DNA of 64,000 nt, from positions 224,001 through 288,000 of the forward strand of contig CAVOHZ010000010.1 in assembly GCA_963695855.1 (NCBI GenBank), in the 5' to 3' direction. A program made the translations under genes and the position numbers. Under the pieces are notes generated by a model. That model was given only the letters and a program-made list of their open reading frames with translations, ran no database searches and was not told where the DNA came from. Position 1 is the first letter of the stretch. Every line of letters starts with the position of its first letter. The stretch is from an uncultured Nitrososphaerales archaeon. Its GTDB lineage: Archaea > Thermoproteota > Nitrososphaeria > Nitrososphaerales > Nitrososphaeraceae. Of the stretch, positions 33,667-44,432 are shown piece after piece.

Positions 33667-34038
33667 GTGATTATGTTGTCATTTTTTTGGCATTTAAAAT
33701 TTGCTGTTATTATGTTTGAGATTGCTAAATCTGAATTGAGTAAAAATAATTATGTAGTAGCTAACGCAGTCATTAAAACTTTTACAGAGATAATAGATGC
33801 CTATTTATCCATGGCCAATATTACCATTGATGAAGCAAGTCTAGATGGTTGGAAAGAAAGAATCCAATGGATGAGTGAAAATAATCATGAATTATTAAAT
33901 GAATGGAAAATGGTAAATTCTCTTTGTTTTGAGATGAATCAAGAAAAATATGGCAACAACGTTGCAATAAAATTAATGGAAATAGTTCAAAATAGACTAA
34001 ATAAGATTGGATCAGATGACTACCGGGATTACTTTTAA
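33667..34038 (+). CDS. Helical hypothetical protein (possibly HEPN-like)
   Basis: Operonic spacing; all-alpha pattern; fold guess only. Confidence 0.55.
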   Translation: MIMLSFFWHLKFAVIMFEIAKSELSKNNYVVANAVIKTFTEIIDAYLSMANITIDEASLDGWKERIQWMSENNHELLNEWKMVNSLCFEMNQEKYGNNVAIKLMEIVQNRLNKIGSDDYRDYF

Positions 34039-34048
34039 ATTGATTGAT

Positions 34049-34720
34049 CTAATTCGTCAACTTTTTAACGACAAGGCATTTTGCCCATTCCTCGCATAAA
34101 TCAACTGCAAATCTTGCTTCATGAACGCATCTGCCAACACCTATAACTCCATGATTCAATAATATCATTACTCCAAATGGAACTACACAGTCAAATTTAC
34201 TTGCCTTACCCACGAGATTTCCTAATCCCTTAGAACCAAGTTGTTTGTACTCTACTATCAAGTGATTATCATGTAATACTTTTGGAAAAGCGATCGATGG
34301 TGTTTCTGCTAATTTCCATATACCTTCATGATCTATATTTACTAGTTTGGAAGACAGAAAATATCCTGATGTATAAGGATTATGAACGTGACATACTGCA
34401 TTAATATCTGGTCTGTTTTTATAGATTTCAGTGTGAAAAGGAACTTCGATGGTTGGTTTAAGGTTTCCCTTCAAAACATTTCCATCCAAGTCTATTAATA
34501 ATAGATCGTCTGAAGTTATATGTGATCTTGGATATCCGGATGGCGTGATCCAAATTTGATTATTTGATTTTGAACGAAAACTATGATTTCCACCACCAAC
34601 CGAAACCAATCCATGGGAAAAAAAATACTTTATACTAGATATTAATTCATTTTTAAAGATATGTTCGTCATATACTTTACAAATATCACAAAACATCTTC
34701 ATTCGTAATACATCATTCAC
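34049..34720 (-). CDS. Class II aldolase/adducin-family protein
   Basis: GGNHS, ITPSG, PTIEVPFH, HVH, NHG Zn motifs intact. Confidence 0.9.
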   Translation of the reverse strand: MNDVLRMKMFCDICKVYDEHIFKNELISSIKYFFSHGLVSVGGGNHSFRSKSNNQIWITPSGYPRSHITSDDLLLIDLDGNVLKGNLKPTIEVPFHTEIYKNRPDINAVCHVHNPYTSGYFLSSKLVNIDHEGIWKLAETPSIAFPKVLHDNHLIVEYKQLGSKGLGNLVGKASKFDCVVPFGVMILLNHGVIGVGRCVHEARFAVDLCEEWAKCLVVKKLTN

Positions 34721-34876
34721 TTAAATTTAACTTGAATGTTAAGAAAGATGGGTATTCCTAAAATTAAATAATGATATATGTGAGATTGTTATGTTTGCAA
34801 AAAGGAATTAGGGACATTCACTCAAAAAATTTCGTATAAGGATTTTCTTGAAGGAAGAATTCCAATACCTAATGGA

Positions 34877-35236
34877 ATGCCAGAAGATCATGTTGTTTGT
34901 AAATCGTGCTATGATGAAATAGAAAAATCCAACAAACCAGAAATAAAAGAAGCGGAAAATGAGCTAAGCATAATTACAAGGAAACTTCTAGCAAGAACTC
35001 TAGAATACAAAAAACAATGGGATAAAAATGGCATAATTCAATTCAAAAATGAAAGAATAGCAATACTACAGAGGCGTTATGGAGCACAAGTTGAATTTAT
35101 CATAGCGTTTGATTATTTCACTACACAATGCTACGAATTGAAGGCAATAGATGAAGATAAGACCGGAGACACTCATGGTCTTTTAGGTGGCGTTAATTCT
35201 TATTTCTATTTTCAGAAGAAAGACTCTATAAAATAA
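34877..35236 (+). CDS. Hypothetical protein with Zn-finger-like N-terminus
   Basis: CKSC motif; the frame extends upstream to a CYVC motif near 34787 without a clean start. Confidence 0.55.
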   Translation: MPEDHVVCKSCYDEIEKSNKPEIKEAENELSIITRKLLARTLEYKKQWDKNGIIQFKNERIAILQRRYGAQVEFIIAFDYFTTQCYELKAIDEDKTGDTHGLLGGVNSYFYFQKKDSIK

Positions 35237-35422
35237 TTGTCTGGTAATATAAGTCGAAACTACATCTAATATATCTTAATGTTGACTTAATTACAAAAAG
35301 GTATGCTTGAATGCCATATTTTATGATTATGATATTTTGTAAAAATATTTAAACTCATATGCTTTTGACAAAATAGAAACTAGTTAATAGTAAACCTGAT
35401 TTAATTAAAATATAATTTAACG

Positions 35423-35869
35423 ATGAAGTTAAATGTCATCTGCTACATAGTTACGAATATTCAAATGAGTAGTGATCAAAGTTATGATAAAATTAAACAT
35501 TTAGTAGAGATCGAGGATGACATATTTGCAGTTTTTACTGTCAATTCCAGAGGAGAGTCGAACACGTTGACTATTGCTAAAAATACTGAGTTTGAAAAAA
35601 GTGCCATTGAAAATATATTTAATAATTTTAAGAGCATACTTAAGCAAGATGATAAGATAGACATTACTACCAATAATATTAGTGATTTATTAGGTAAACT
35701 AAAATGGAAAGTTCTTGAGTATGAAAAAATACGAATATTGCACATTGCTGACAAAAATAAAATTGTGGTTGTCCTGATAAAAAATAATACTAGTTTGCAT
35801 GAAACAGTAGATAATATACTTGGTTATTATTATGAGGAAGAAGACGAGATTCCAAAAAGTTTGTTTTGA
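35423..35869 (+). CDS. Hypothetical protein (roadblock-like pattern)
   Basis: 148-aa ORF with globular composition. Confidence 0.6.
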   Translation: MKLNVICYIVTNIQMSSDQSYDKIKHLVEIEDDIFAVFTVNSRGESNTLTIAKNTEFEKSAIENIFNNFKSILKQDDKIDITTNNISDLLGKLKWKVLEYEKIRILHIADKNKIVVVLIKNNTSLHETVDNILGYYYEEEDEIPKSLF

Positions 35870-35973
35870 TGATATTGTATAGCAGATTAATCTTAGGATC
35901 AATCCAACTTGAATTCCAAAATTGAATAATTTAACTTTTATAATGTCATCTGATTTTCATAACCTTAATCATT

Positions 35974-37185
35974 ATGGCAATAGGCACTGAATCTTCAATA
36001 TTTATTCATGTAATCATTTCACTATCACTATTACTATTTACATCAAAATTATTTGCAGAACTTTTTCATAAGATTAAATTGCCAATAGTATTGGGTGAAC
36101 TTTTAGCTGGTATTGTAATAGGCCCTTATGCCTTGGGCGGATTGCCACTATTTAATGGAGAGCCATTAGTTATTCTTGATGAAACAATAAAACACATTGG
36201 TGAGCTGGCTGCAGTTGTTATACTTTTTGTAGCTGGATTGGAAATCACTCCAAGAGAATTTCTTCGAGGAGGTGTAAGCTCGTTTACAATAGGTGCGCTA
36301 GGTGTAATTGTACCTTTTTTCGTAGGTTATTTTGTATTTTCTTTGTATGGATTAGAAGCACTTGAAACACTTTTAATTGCTACAGCATTGACCGCCACTA
36401 GTATAGCAATATCTATTCAGGTCTTGACATCTTTAGGAAAGATGCAAACTAAAGAAGCAAGACTAATTCTAGGTGCTGCCATCGTAGATGATATTTTAGC
36501 AATAGCAGTTTTATCAGTAGTTCTTACGATGGTACAAACAGGTAATACAACACCGGATATAATGGAAATCACATTTCTAATTTTGAAAATTCTGGGATTA
36601 TTTGTAGCGTTGCTGGTAGGTGCGATTTTAATTGTTCCAAGAATACTTCATAGAGAAAGATTATGGAAATCTCAGGGAAGTATAGAAGGAATTACAACTG
36701 CAATATTTTTTGGAGGTGCTGGAATTGCTGCTCTTGTAGGACTTTCTCCTATCGTGGGGGCTTTTGCAATTGGAATGGCAGTTGCTAGTACCCGTTTAAT
36801 AAAGCAGGTAGAAGAATATGTTCATAAACTACAGATTATTTTTGCTCCTTTATTTTTCGCTATAATCGGAGCACAAGTAGATTTAAGAGGAGTTAATCTT
36901 GAAGTGTTATTAATTGCAGGAATACTTGTTTCTATCGCTATAGCCACTAAGATTCTTGGTTGTGGTTTGCCATCACTAATTTTTCTTAAGGAAAAAAGTA
37001 AAGCTATGAGAGTTGGCATAGGAATGGTATCTAGAGGTGAGGTCGGTTTAATTGTAGCAGGAGTTGGTGCAACATCAGGAGTATTATCTGGTGATGTATA
37101 TACTGCTATCATAGTTATGGTGGCAGTGACAACAATAATAACACCGATATGGCTTAAGAAAGCTTATCAAAAAGAATTAGAATGA
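35974..37185 (+). CDS. CPA2-family cation/proton antiporter
   Basis: GELLAGIVIGP, TATS, AAIVDD, RGEVG motifs; about 12 TM segments. Confidence 0.93.
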   Translation: MAIGTESSIFIHVIISLSLLLFTSKLFAELFHKIKLPIVLGELLAGIVIGPYALGGLPLFNGEPLVILDETIKHIGELAAVVILFVAGLEITPREFLRGGVSSFTIGALGVIVPFFVGYFVFSLYGLEALETLLIATALTATSIAISIQVLTSLGKMQTKEARLILGAAIVDDILAIAVLSVVLTMVQTGNTTPDIMEITFLILKILGLFVALLVGAILIVPRILHRERLWKSQGSIEGITTAIFFGGAGIAALVGLSPIVGAFAIGMAVASTRLIKQVEEYVHKLQIIFAPLFFAIIGAQVDLRGVNLEVLLIAGILVSIAIATKILGCGLPSLIFLKEKSKAMRVGIGMVSRGEVGLIVAGVGATSGVLSGDVYTAIIVMVAVTTIITPIWLKKAYQKELE

Positions 37186-37402
37186 GTGTGTGTTAAATCT
37201 TTGTGCAATTATATTTGTTGCCTCCAGAGCATGTTTAAGTGAATATACTTTTGATAAGGATTTCAGGAATTCATATGTAATTTACTTATGTTTTTTGTTC
37301 TATTCAATAGTTATCAAAGTTACAAAAGATATCTTCAAATATTGCATATACGATTAGTATGATACCGATAAAATTTGTTTTATAGTTTTCGATTCTTTCT
37401 AA

Positions 37403-37768
37403 TTGAAAGAAGAGGGACAGAGGAAGAATAAATTAATGTCAGTATTACCTGAAACAAACAATAGCATCAATGATGATTTTGCTCTATTTGAAATTAAAAA
37501 TAACAACGTAGAAGAGGGTATAGAGTGTTTTACTCATTGGCTATCAGTTAAAGACGGAAATTGTGATGAAGAAGGCAGAAGGAATATGCAGTTAAGCCTG
37601 ACCACATCTGAAAAGGAGAAGAACAAAATTTTACTTCATGATAACCTTAACGATTTAGATATTGAGGTTGTTTTTACTGATGGTGTCCCATTATGTACCT
37701 TATGCCACACAGATGATTGCGCGCATACAGGTTTTGCTATATGTGCAAAACTAACTCTTCTTGATTAA
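37403..37768 (+). CDS. Hypothetical protein with C-terminal CxxC-x4-CxH motif
   Basis: CTLCHTDDCAH. Confidence 0.55.
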   Translation: MKEEGQRKNKLMSVLPETNNSINDDFALFEIKNNNVEEGIECFTHWLSVKDGNCDEEGRRNMQLSLTTSEKEKNKILLHDNLNDLDIEVVFTDGVPLCTLCHTDDCAHTGFAICAKLTLLD

Positions 37769-37944
37769 ATAAAATATTTATTATGTGTTATTAGTAACTA
37801 CCTCGAAAACTTAATATCATAAATTGGTCATATAATATATATCCCTCAAATCATTTTGGGGTCATAAAAGTGAACGTCTATATATATCTGTCAACTATCT
37901 GGATGTTCACATATTTAATAAATTAGCTTGTAAATAATTTCTTA

Positions 37945-38168
37945 ATTCATCATATGGTTTTAACAAAGAATACACACCCACTAGTCTATATACTAGGTAA
38001 TTAATATAATGAAAAACGCCCTAAATGGTAAAATAAAGTCCATATATGACTTATTTGACAAAATCCGTTATATATATGGCGTATTTATAAAGGGGCGAAA
38101 ATGTATATATAAAATAAATTATATTTACATATATAAAAATACGAATTTGAATAGAATTTATCATACTT
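37945..38168. repeat. Non-coding upstream region duplicated in inverted orientation at about 48015-48243
   Basis: Shared blocks such as gaaaaacgccctaaatg and aagtccatatatgacttatttgacaaaat. Confidence 0.88.
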
Positions 38169-38242
38169 TGCCTTTTCTAAAGAATATAAACATCAAGGGA
38201 ATAGAATAATAAAGATATAACCATTGGAATATCTAATAAGTT

Positions 38243-38824
38243 ATGAAACAGAAATTGAGTTTCACATATCTACTATTAACCCTCTCGGGAATATTTCTTT
38301 TGGGATTAGTATTATCTACAACACCTTTTGAAACTAATAATAATGTATTTTCTCAGATGGAAATGACTGGGAAAGATATGATTAAGAATGGTTCAACAGC
38401 AACGCAAACTGGTCAACAAATGAAAGGAATGGACATGGGACAGCAAATGAAAGGAATGGACATGGGACAGCAAATGAAAGGAATGGACATGGGACAGCAA
38501 ATGAAAGGAATGGACATGGCAGAAATGATGAAGACGATGCCTCCACATTATTCGAAATCCACTTACCATCTAATAAGTTCTGTTAAGGGAATGCAGATTT
38601 CAGGACTCGATATAGTAAATGATAAAGAATTACTGGTTAAAATTAAAAGTGATTCATCTGATCCAGTTAACCAAACTCTTACATTAGTAGGAGGGGGAGG
38701 AGATTTAGCTGGTTCTGTATCTGTAAAAGCAGGATGGAAAGAAAATAGTGAAGTAAATCTTAAGTTACAAGGCAGCGGATCACTTTTCAATCTAGAAGGT
38801 GTACATTTACATCTATTCCCCTAA
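38243..38824 (+). CDS. Secreted Met-rich protein with 4x GQQMKGMDM repeat
   Basis: Signal peptide; 27-bp tandem repeat at 38411-38518; C-terminal HLHLFP. Confidence 0.85.
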   Translation: MKQKLSFTYLLLTLSGIFLLGLVLSTTPFETNNNVFSQMEMTGKDMIKNGSTATQTGQQMKGMDMGQQMKGMDMGQQMKGMDMGQQMKGMDMAEMMKTMPPHYSKSTYHLISSVKGMQISGLDIVNDKELLVKIKSDSSDPVNQTLTLVGGGGDLAGSVSVKAGWKENSEVNLKLQGSGSLFNLEGVHLHLFP

Positions 38825-38976
38825 CTAAATAAACAAAGTATATTTTCATCTAGCTCATCCTAAATTTTTTTCTTTATTTTTAAATATTTTTCTAAATTCT
38901 ACTTTGGTAATGATTATCAATCAAAAGCAAAATAATTAAAAATATGGTCTTTTCTTAAATGTTAAATAATATATAA

Positions 38977-40365
38977 TTAATGACCACTATGTTCAGTACC
39001 TTGAAATACCATAAATTCATGTATTGCATCAAGTAATTGTTTATCTTTAGTTTCAAGTATTAATGTTGAGCCATTATTTATTTCATTTATACTATATTTT
39101 ATAAAGTTCTTTTTTTGGGTCATTATTTTAGTACCTGGAACATCTTGTGCATGTATATAGAAAGGCTTTGTAAAGTTTCCTGATGAGAATTCCTTTTGAA
39201 TAACAGAGATATGATTTTTGATTGCTTTTATTGTCTCTACATCACTATTATTTAATGCAGTTATCAATATTTCACCTCCTGTCGGAGTGGACTTGAACTG
39301 ATGTGATATTTTGGTTTGATTAAAGCCCATAACCATAGCCCCTCTTTCTAGCATTGATATGGATGCTGCTGATTGGTTATTGGTACCGTGCGCAGTAACG
39401 GTTGTTGAGTTTGTTACTACGATCACTTGACCTACCATCCAGGGATGAATAGTACAATAGTAATCGTAAGTTCCCTCTTTGCCGAATAGGTGCGAAAAAG
39501 ATTGACCTCCTGAAAGTATGCCGGAATCAAATCTTAAGGCAGTATCTATACCTAAAGATAAGGGACTTTGCGTTACGGTATGTAGATTACCATCATTGTT
39601 GGTCCATACTACCATCTGATCTTCTTTAAGATATATAGGATTTGGTTGAAAAGCATCAGTTGTACGTGATGATGCTCCTAAAACTATTGATGCATATATT
39701 ATGTTATCACCATCAGCAGTTATTTGATTATTTCTTGGCATAGAAAAATTACTCTTAGAACTTTCTTGCTGCTGTCCACCCTCCATCATCATATGATGAT
39801 GTTTGCGATCCATCATAGGTGGTTGTTGTCCTCCCATCATCATTCCTGGATTCATCATACATGGCATCATACCCATCATAGTCTGATTTCCCATCATCAT
39901 CGGTGCCATCAACATACAAGGCATTGTCATACCTTGTCCCATTCCCATCATCGGTCCCATCATCGGTCCCATCATCGGTCCCATCATCGGTCCCATCATC
40001 GGTCCCATCATCGGTCCCATCATAGGTGGTTGTTGTCCTCCCATCATCATTCCTGGATTCATCATACAGGGCATCATACCCATCATAGTCTGATTTCCCA
40101 TCATCATCGGTGCCATCAACATACAAGGCATTGTCTTATCATGTCCCATTCCCATCATCGGTCCTATCATCATACCAGTTTGATTCATGGGTTGCATCAT
40201 CATTGGACCCATCATTCCTGTTTGGCTCATTTGCTTCATCATCATATTTTGATTTGGATTTTGGGGAAAAGCCATGCTAGTATGGATAGAAAAATTCATT
40301 GTAGAAACAGTTAGAATTGCGGCAATTGCTATAGAAAACAGAAATAGTTTATTCATTAAAAACAA
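38977..40365 (-). CDS. Secreted fusion: Met-rich region + canonical cupredoxin + His-containing C-terminal domain
   Basis: GPMM repeats; HTVT and YYCTIHPWM; C-terminal domain ending FQGTEHSGH. Confidence 0.88.
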   Translation of the reverse strand: MFLMNKLFLFSIAIAAILTVSTMNFSIHTSMAFPQNPNQNMMMKQMSQTGMMGPMMMQPMNQTGMMIGPMMGMGHDKTMPCMLMAPMMMGNQTMMGMMPCMMNPGMMMGGQQPPMMGPMMGPMMGPMMGPMMGPMMGPMMGMGQGMTMPCMLMAPMMMGNQTMMGMMPCMMNPGMMMGGQQPPMMDRKHHHMMMEGGQQQESSKSNFSMPRNNQITADGDNIIYASIVLGASSRTTDAFQPNPIYLKEDQMVVWTNNDGNLHTVTQSPLSLGIDTALRFDSGILSGGQSFSHLFGKEGTYDYYCTIHPWMVGQVIVVTNSTTVTAHGTNNQSAASISMLERGAMVMGFNQTKISHQFKSTPTGGEILITALNNSDVETIKAIKNHISVIQKEFSSGNFTKPFYIHAQDVPGTKIMTQKKNFIKYSINEINNGSTLILETKDKQLLDAIHEFMVFQGTEHSGH

Positions 40366-40519
40366 TAACGAATGGAACTATTTACGTTTTTATTTTTCTG
40401 TTGAATTATAATTATCTACCAATTAATAACAAATTAAAAGCATTTTGAATTATATTAACTACTGAAAAAATCATATAGGATATACAAATCTATTTTTTTA
40501 ATTCTACATAAATTTATAC

Positions 40520-40745
40520 AGTTGTACTTTTTTGCATCTGAAACATACATTGTATTCACCATTGGAAAAAAGCCTGATTGAAAGAGTAATGCGATATTTT
40601 AAGGATAAAACTGAGAGTTTTTATGATTACTATCCTTGTATAAACAAAAAGAAAAATATAATTGTGATCTAAAAAATGTATACAATTAGATAAGATTGTT
40701 CATCTATTTGTATAATATAGCAATTAGAAATAAAATACCATTTAT
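40520..40745 (+). mobile_element. IS6-like transposase remnant
   Basis: Reads HTLYSPLEKSLIERVMRYFKDKTESFYDYYPC. Confidence 0.6.
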
Positions 40746-40930
40746 CAGAGCACACAATATCAAATACTTTGCTTGGATAATCAGTCAGATTATGATTTAT
40801 CAAAATCATCATATTTTTTTTTGATTCTAAATGTGATGGTAGTCAAAGTCAAAGATACATTCATCATACTTATTTTTTTCAAATAAATATTATGTTAGTG
40901 TGTGTACCAACGAACACAAACTAATCCAAA

Positions 40931-41569
40931 TTGTATAAATACGAGAATTTAAAAACTAAATTAATGATAAGGTATTACGTATATACTGCATTCATTTTGA
41001 GTGTTTTAGGGGTTTCTTTAGCCTTGATAGCAGGAGAAATAGAATTTGATACAAAAGTATTTGCACAGCCACAACCACCAGAAACATCTCCTAATGCAAC
41101 AAACCCAGTAATCAAAGCAGGTCCATTAACCGCCGTCAGACACATATTTGATGACCCTACTTTAAGAGTATTCCATTATTGTACTCCTCATCATAAGATA
41201 ATGGCTGTATGTTCATTATTTGATACTAATCAAAAGAATGCTACTTTAATAGGAATAGAATATATGCTAACACCAGAAGATTATAAGAAACTTCCAGAAA
41301 GAGAAAAACCATACTGGCATTACCATGTAACAGAATTTGCTCCTAATAGGGCTGATCCAAAGTTCCCTTACTTATCGGCAGAAGATGAGAAAAAAGTATT
41401 AAAATTGATAGCGGATTCATATGGTAAAGTGATTCTAGCTTGGGATCCCAATGATGAATTACCTGCATTCCCACCACAGGTTCCTATAGTCCAACATCCT
41501 GATATGGTCAATAAATCAGCAACACCTAATACTCATATTGGAAGCTTTAATCAGACACTAGATTACTAA
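40931..41569 (+). CDS. Secreted DUF1264/OBAP-family protein
   Basis: HYC...CSLFD...LIGIEY...LPEREKPYWHYH...YGK motif series. Confidence 0.8.
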   Translation: MYKYENLKTKLMIRYYVYTAFILSVLGVSLALIAGEIEFDTKVFAQPQPPETSPNATNPVIKAGPLTAVRHIFDDPTLRVFHYCTPHHKIMAVCSLFDTNQKNATLIGIEYMLTPEDYKKLPEREKPYWHYHVTEFAPNRADPKFPYLSAEDEKKVLKLIADSYGKVILAWDPNDELPAFPPQVPIVQHPDMVNKSATPNTHIGSFNQTLDY

Positions 41570-41768
41570 AGCAAATTAATAAAAAATAATTAATCCATAT
41601 CCTTTTTTTCCATAATTATGATTATATATCTATGAAGTAGATATCAACTATATACTCTTCAGCAAACGTACAGCGACAAATTTAAACTGATATTATAAAT
41701 AACTGCCAAGCAAAGAAAAAAGGGTTTGAAATCTTTAAATATATTTAGAGTAATGTTTATCAAATCAA

Positions 41769-42083
41769 ATGAAATTTCTTTTTTCTGAATTTCTTTTGTC
41801 GATTTTCATTATTTTCATAATGGTTTTATTCTCTAATAGCCAATTTTTGACTCTTATTACAGCATTTTCACAAGGCGATGATAATAGAAGGGGAGGAGGG
41901 TTTGGAATACAAGAAAGAGAACGTGCTAGAATACATGCACAGAATGATTCTCAAATTTTTAGTAATGATTTAACCCGTATAATTCTAATTTTAACAATAA
42001 TTGTTATTATTGGTGTTAGCTTATATGCTTTATACAAAATTTATTTGATCAAAAGAAAATCAAAACAATCTAAACTAAAATAA
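41769..42083 (+). CDS. Small membrane protein
   Basis: Signal peptide plus one TM helix and a basic tail. Confidence 0.65.
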   Translation: MKFLFSEFLLSIFIIFIMVLFSNSQFLTLITAFSQGDDNRRGGGFGIQERERARIHAQNDSQIFSNDLTRIILILTIIVIIGVSLYALYKIYLIKRKSKQSKLK

Positions 42084-42104
42084 TAATAACAATGGTTTAT
42101 TTAG

Positions 42105-42632
42105 ATGATAAAAAAAATTTATTTTATTTTTAATAATAACATACTCCTGATACTGTTATTATCAATTTTATTTTTGTTATCTATTCAATTTTCTTATGCC
42201 GATAATAATAGAAGTTTATTGCATAACAATGCAGAATTATTAGGATGGATTTCTATTAGTTGTGGATTAATTGCTAATCTTCCATTCATTTTATATGTAC
42301 GTGTAAAGAAACTCTCAGTCAAAAGATTAGGTGGAGGAGATAGTTTAACTCGAAATCTTGCTCTAGAACATACACCAATAATTAATTTTCATACTGCTTT
42401 GAATCTAATAGGATTTTTTACAGGAATATTTCATGGAATATTGTTAGTACGTGGAATAGATTTTATTTCTATATCTTTAGCAATTGTCATAACAATACTT
42501 ACTGTTAGTGGTATTTTACTAAGATTTGCAAAATTAAGAATTATCAATCAATTTAATAGAATAATACATACGCATATTATTTTATCAGCTTTGCTTGTAA
42601 TTTTGATAATTCTACATGTATCACTTTCATAG
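42105..42632 (+). CDS. Multi-TM protein with paired His residues (ferric-reductase/cytochrome b-like)
   Basis: FH-x13-HG and H-x-H...LHV in predicted TM helices. Confidence 0.6.
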   Translation: MIKKIYFIFNNNILLILLLSILFLLSIQFSYADNNRSLLHNNAELLGWISISCGLIANLPFILYVRVKKLSVKRLGGGDSLTRNLALEHTPIINFHTALNLIGFFTGIFHGILLVRGIDFISISLAIVITILTVSGILLRFAKLRIINQFNRIIHTHIILSALLVILIILHVSLS

Positions 42633-43171
42633 TATGAAGGGTAATGATTTAAAAGAAGAGTATCTTTTACTTTTTATATTTATAACTGCTTTTGTTATCA
42701 TGTTATTGAACATAATAATTAGACAGACAATGATAAAATAATAATATATTTGTTTGATATTGTTAATAAATCTGATAATAAATAGGCTATGTCAATTCCT
42801 CGATTGATATTTAATTAAGAATGATAAGATTGGTTGTTTGTATGACACAAGGAATAGAAGATTCAAAACAAGACTATCAGTAAGAAAGAATTTCTATATG
42901 TGAGATAGATTATTTGATATGTTTCTAATTGACGCTGTATATATCTCTTCCTTTCATTAACTGTCTTTATAGAATTAATAATAAGATTTTCTCTTTTAAT
43001 ATAGTAAAAAGAATTTCTACAATTTATCAATTAGCAAATTTCTTGATAGTCGATCTTGAAAAAGATATTAGCGTTCTACTAGATGCGATAATGGAAGGAC
43101 GGGCTCTGTAGGTGAAATGTTCGACAGAGCTAACATTCAAGAAGAAAGCCACTACCAATACTCTTGCAAAT

Positions 43172-44200
43172 ATGTATGCGGCATTAGATTTAGGACAGAA
43201 AAACATTCAGGCAGTATTGAAAAATAAAGATGGTAAGATTATAAAGGAAAATAAAATACAGCGTAATACCAAAACAATACTAGAATTTCTTGATAATAGT
43301 AACAAGAATCATAATAATATTGATATTGTAATGGAGTCTGGTTACAACTATCAATATCTATATGATCTTTTACAAGATGAAGGTTATAATGTAAAAGTAG
43401 CACATCCACTAATGGTCAAGGCAATAGCATATGCTAAAGTCAAGACAGATAAAGTAGATGCTAGAATATTAGCAGATCTACTAAGAATGGATATGATACC
43501 AGAATGTTATATACCTAATAAAGATATAAGAAATTTACGAGATCTAGTTAGACGCAGATACTATTTTGTCAGTATTCGAACAATGTTCAAAAACAAAGCA
43601 CATGTTGAGATGAGTAAAAGATGGTTAGATGCTAATGTGACTAATAATATAACAACAACAATGATTAAAAATGATCCATTTTCTAAAAAAGGAAAATGTC
43701 ATTTACGTTCACTGGGAATACATGCATTAGATGATTGCCTTGATACCATAGATTTTCTAGATAGAAAAATAAAAGAGTTGGATACAGAAATAAAGAAATT
43801 GGCAATAGAAGATAAATACTCTAAACATCTTATGACAATTCCAGGTATATCTTACTATGCAGCTCTTCTAATATCAAGCGAGATAGCAGATATTAACAGG
43901 TTTCCAGACTATGAACATCTGTGTTCTTATGCTAGATTAGTACCTGGTACATATCAATCTGGAAATACATCATTCTCAAAAACAGACAAAAAACAAGGGA
44001 GCAAAATGCTAAACTGGATTATGGTACAGTGTACTCATACACATGTACGTTATTGCCAATCATCGATAACAGTACATTACAACAAGATAAAGAATAGAAA
44101 GAGAAATAACAAAATTGCTATAATTGCAGCAGCAAGAAAATTAATGCGTGTGATATATGTTATGCTAAAGGAAGATCGTCCCTTTAGACTGGATGAATAA
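43172..44200 (+). CDS. IS110-family DEDD recombinase
   Basis: LDLG, MESG, KTDKVDA, TIPGI, YQSG, AAARKL; likely start at MYAALD. Confidence 0.95.
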   Translation: MYAALDLGQKNIQAVLKNKDGKIIKENKIQRNTKTILEFLDNSNKNHNNIDIVMESGYNYQYLYDLLQDEGYNVKVAHPLMVKAIAYAKVKTDKVDARILADLLRMDMIPECYIPNKDIRNLRDLVRRRYYFVSIRTMFKNKAHVEMSKRWLDANVTNNITTTMIKNDPFSKKGKCHLRSLGIHALDDCLDTIDFLDRKIKELDTEIKKLAIEDKYSKHLMTIPGISYYAALLISSEIADINRFPDYEHLCSYARLVPGTYQSGNTSFSKTDKKQGSKMLNWIMVQCTHTHVRYCQSSITVHYNKIKNRKRNNKIAIIAAARKLMRVIYVMLKEDRPFRLDE

Positions 44201-44210
44201 TAATATAGTA

Positions 44211-44350
44211 TAGGACCTCTTGGTTTCTTGCATCGTCATATTGTTATTATTATATGATAAGTATGATGGATGCCATCTGTAGGTTAGGTCTGGCTACTAC
44301 TAGCGCAAAGCCACGGTGCACTATTGGTGCGTATGGGAGAATGCTATTAT
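44211..44350 (+). ncRNA. Predicted bridge/seek RNA
   Basis: Stem gacct/aggtc encloses guides tggtttct and tctgtag around an inner hairpin; the second stem-loop carries atgggag matching the element end. Boundaries approximate. Confidence 0.78.
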
Positions 44351-44432
44351 TCATCAGTTAATCATATTAGGAACGAGTATTATATGAACATGGGAGAAAC
44401 CATCATAGCTAGCAACATTCTACCATTAATTA

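Larger units (their letters stand above)
43112..44396 (+). mobile_element. IS110-family (IS1111-type) element with 3' non-coding end
   Basis: AG core at both junctions (43110-43111, 44395-44396); sub-terminal IR atgttc / gaacat; about 195-bp non-coding region after the recombinase. Confidence 0.88.

Noticed and set aside
39724-40314. Similar His-rich and DGTDD shadow ORFs
   Set aside because: Same artefact; the Met frame is continuous with the cupredoxin domain.
44333-44341. Alternative right end of the IS110 at the first atgggAG
   Set aside because: The junction at 44395-44396 restores the host TIR better, has the sub-terminal IR and matches the tggtttct guide; the first copy is better explained as the donor guide.
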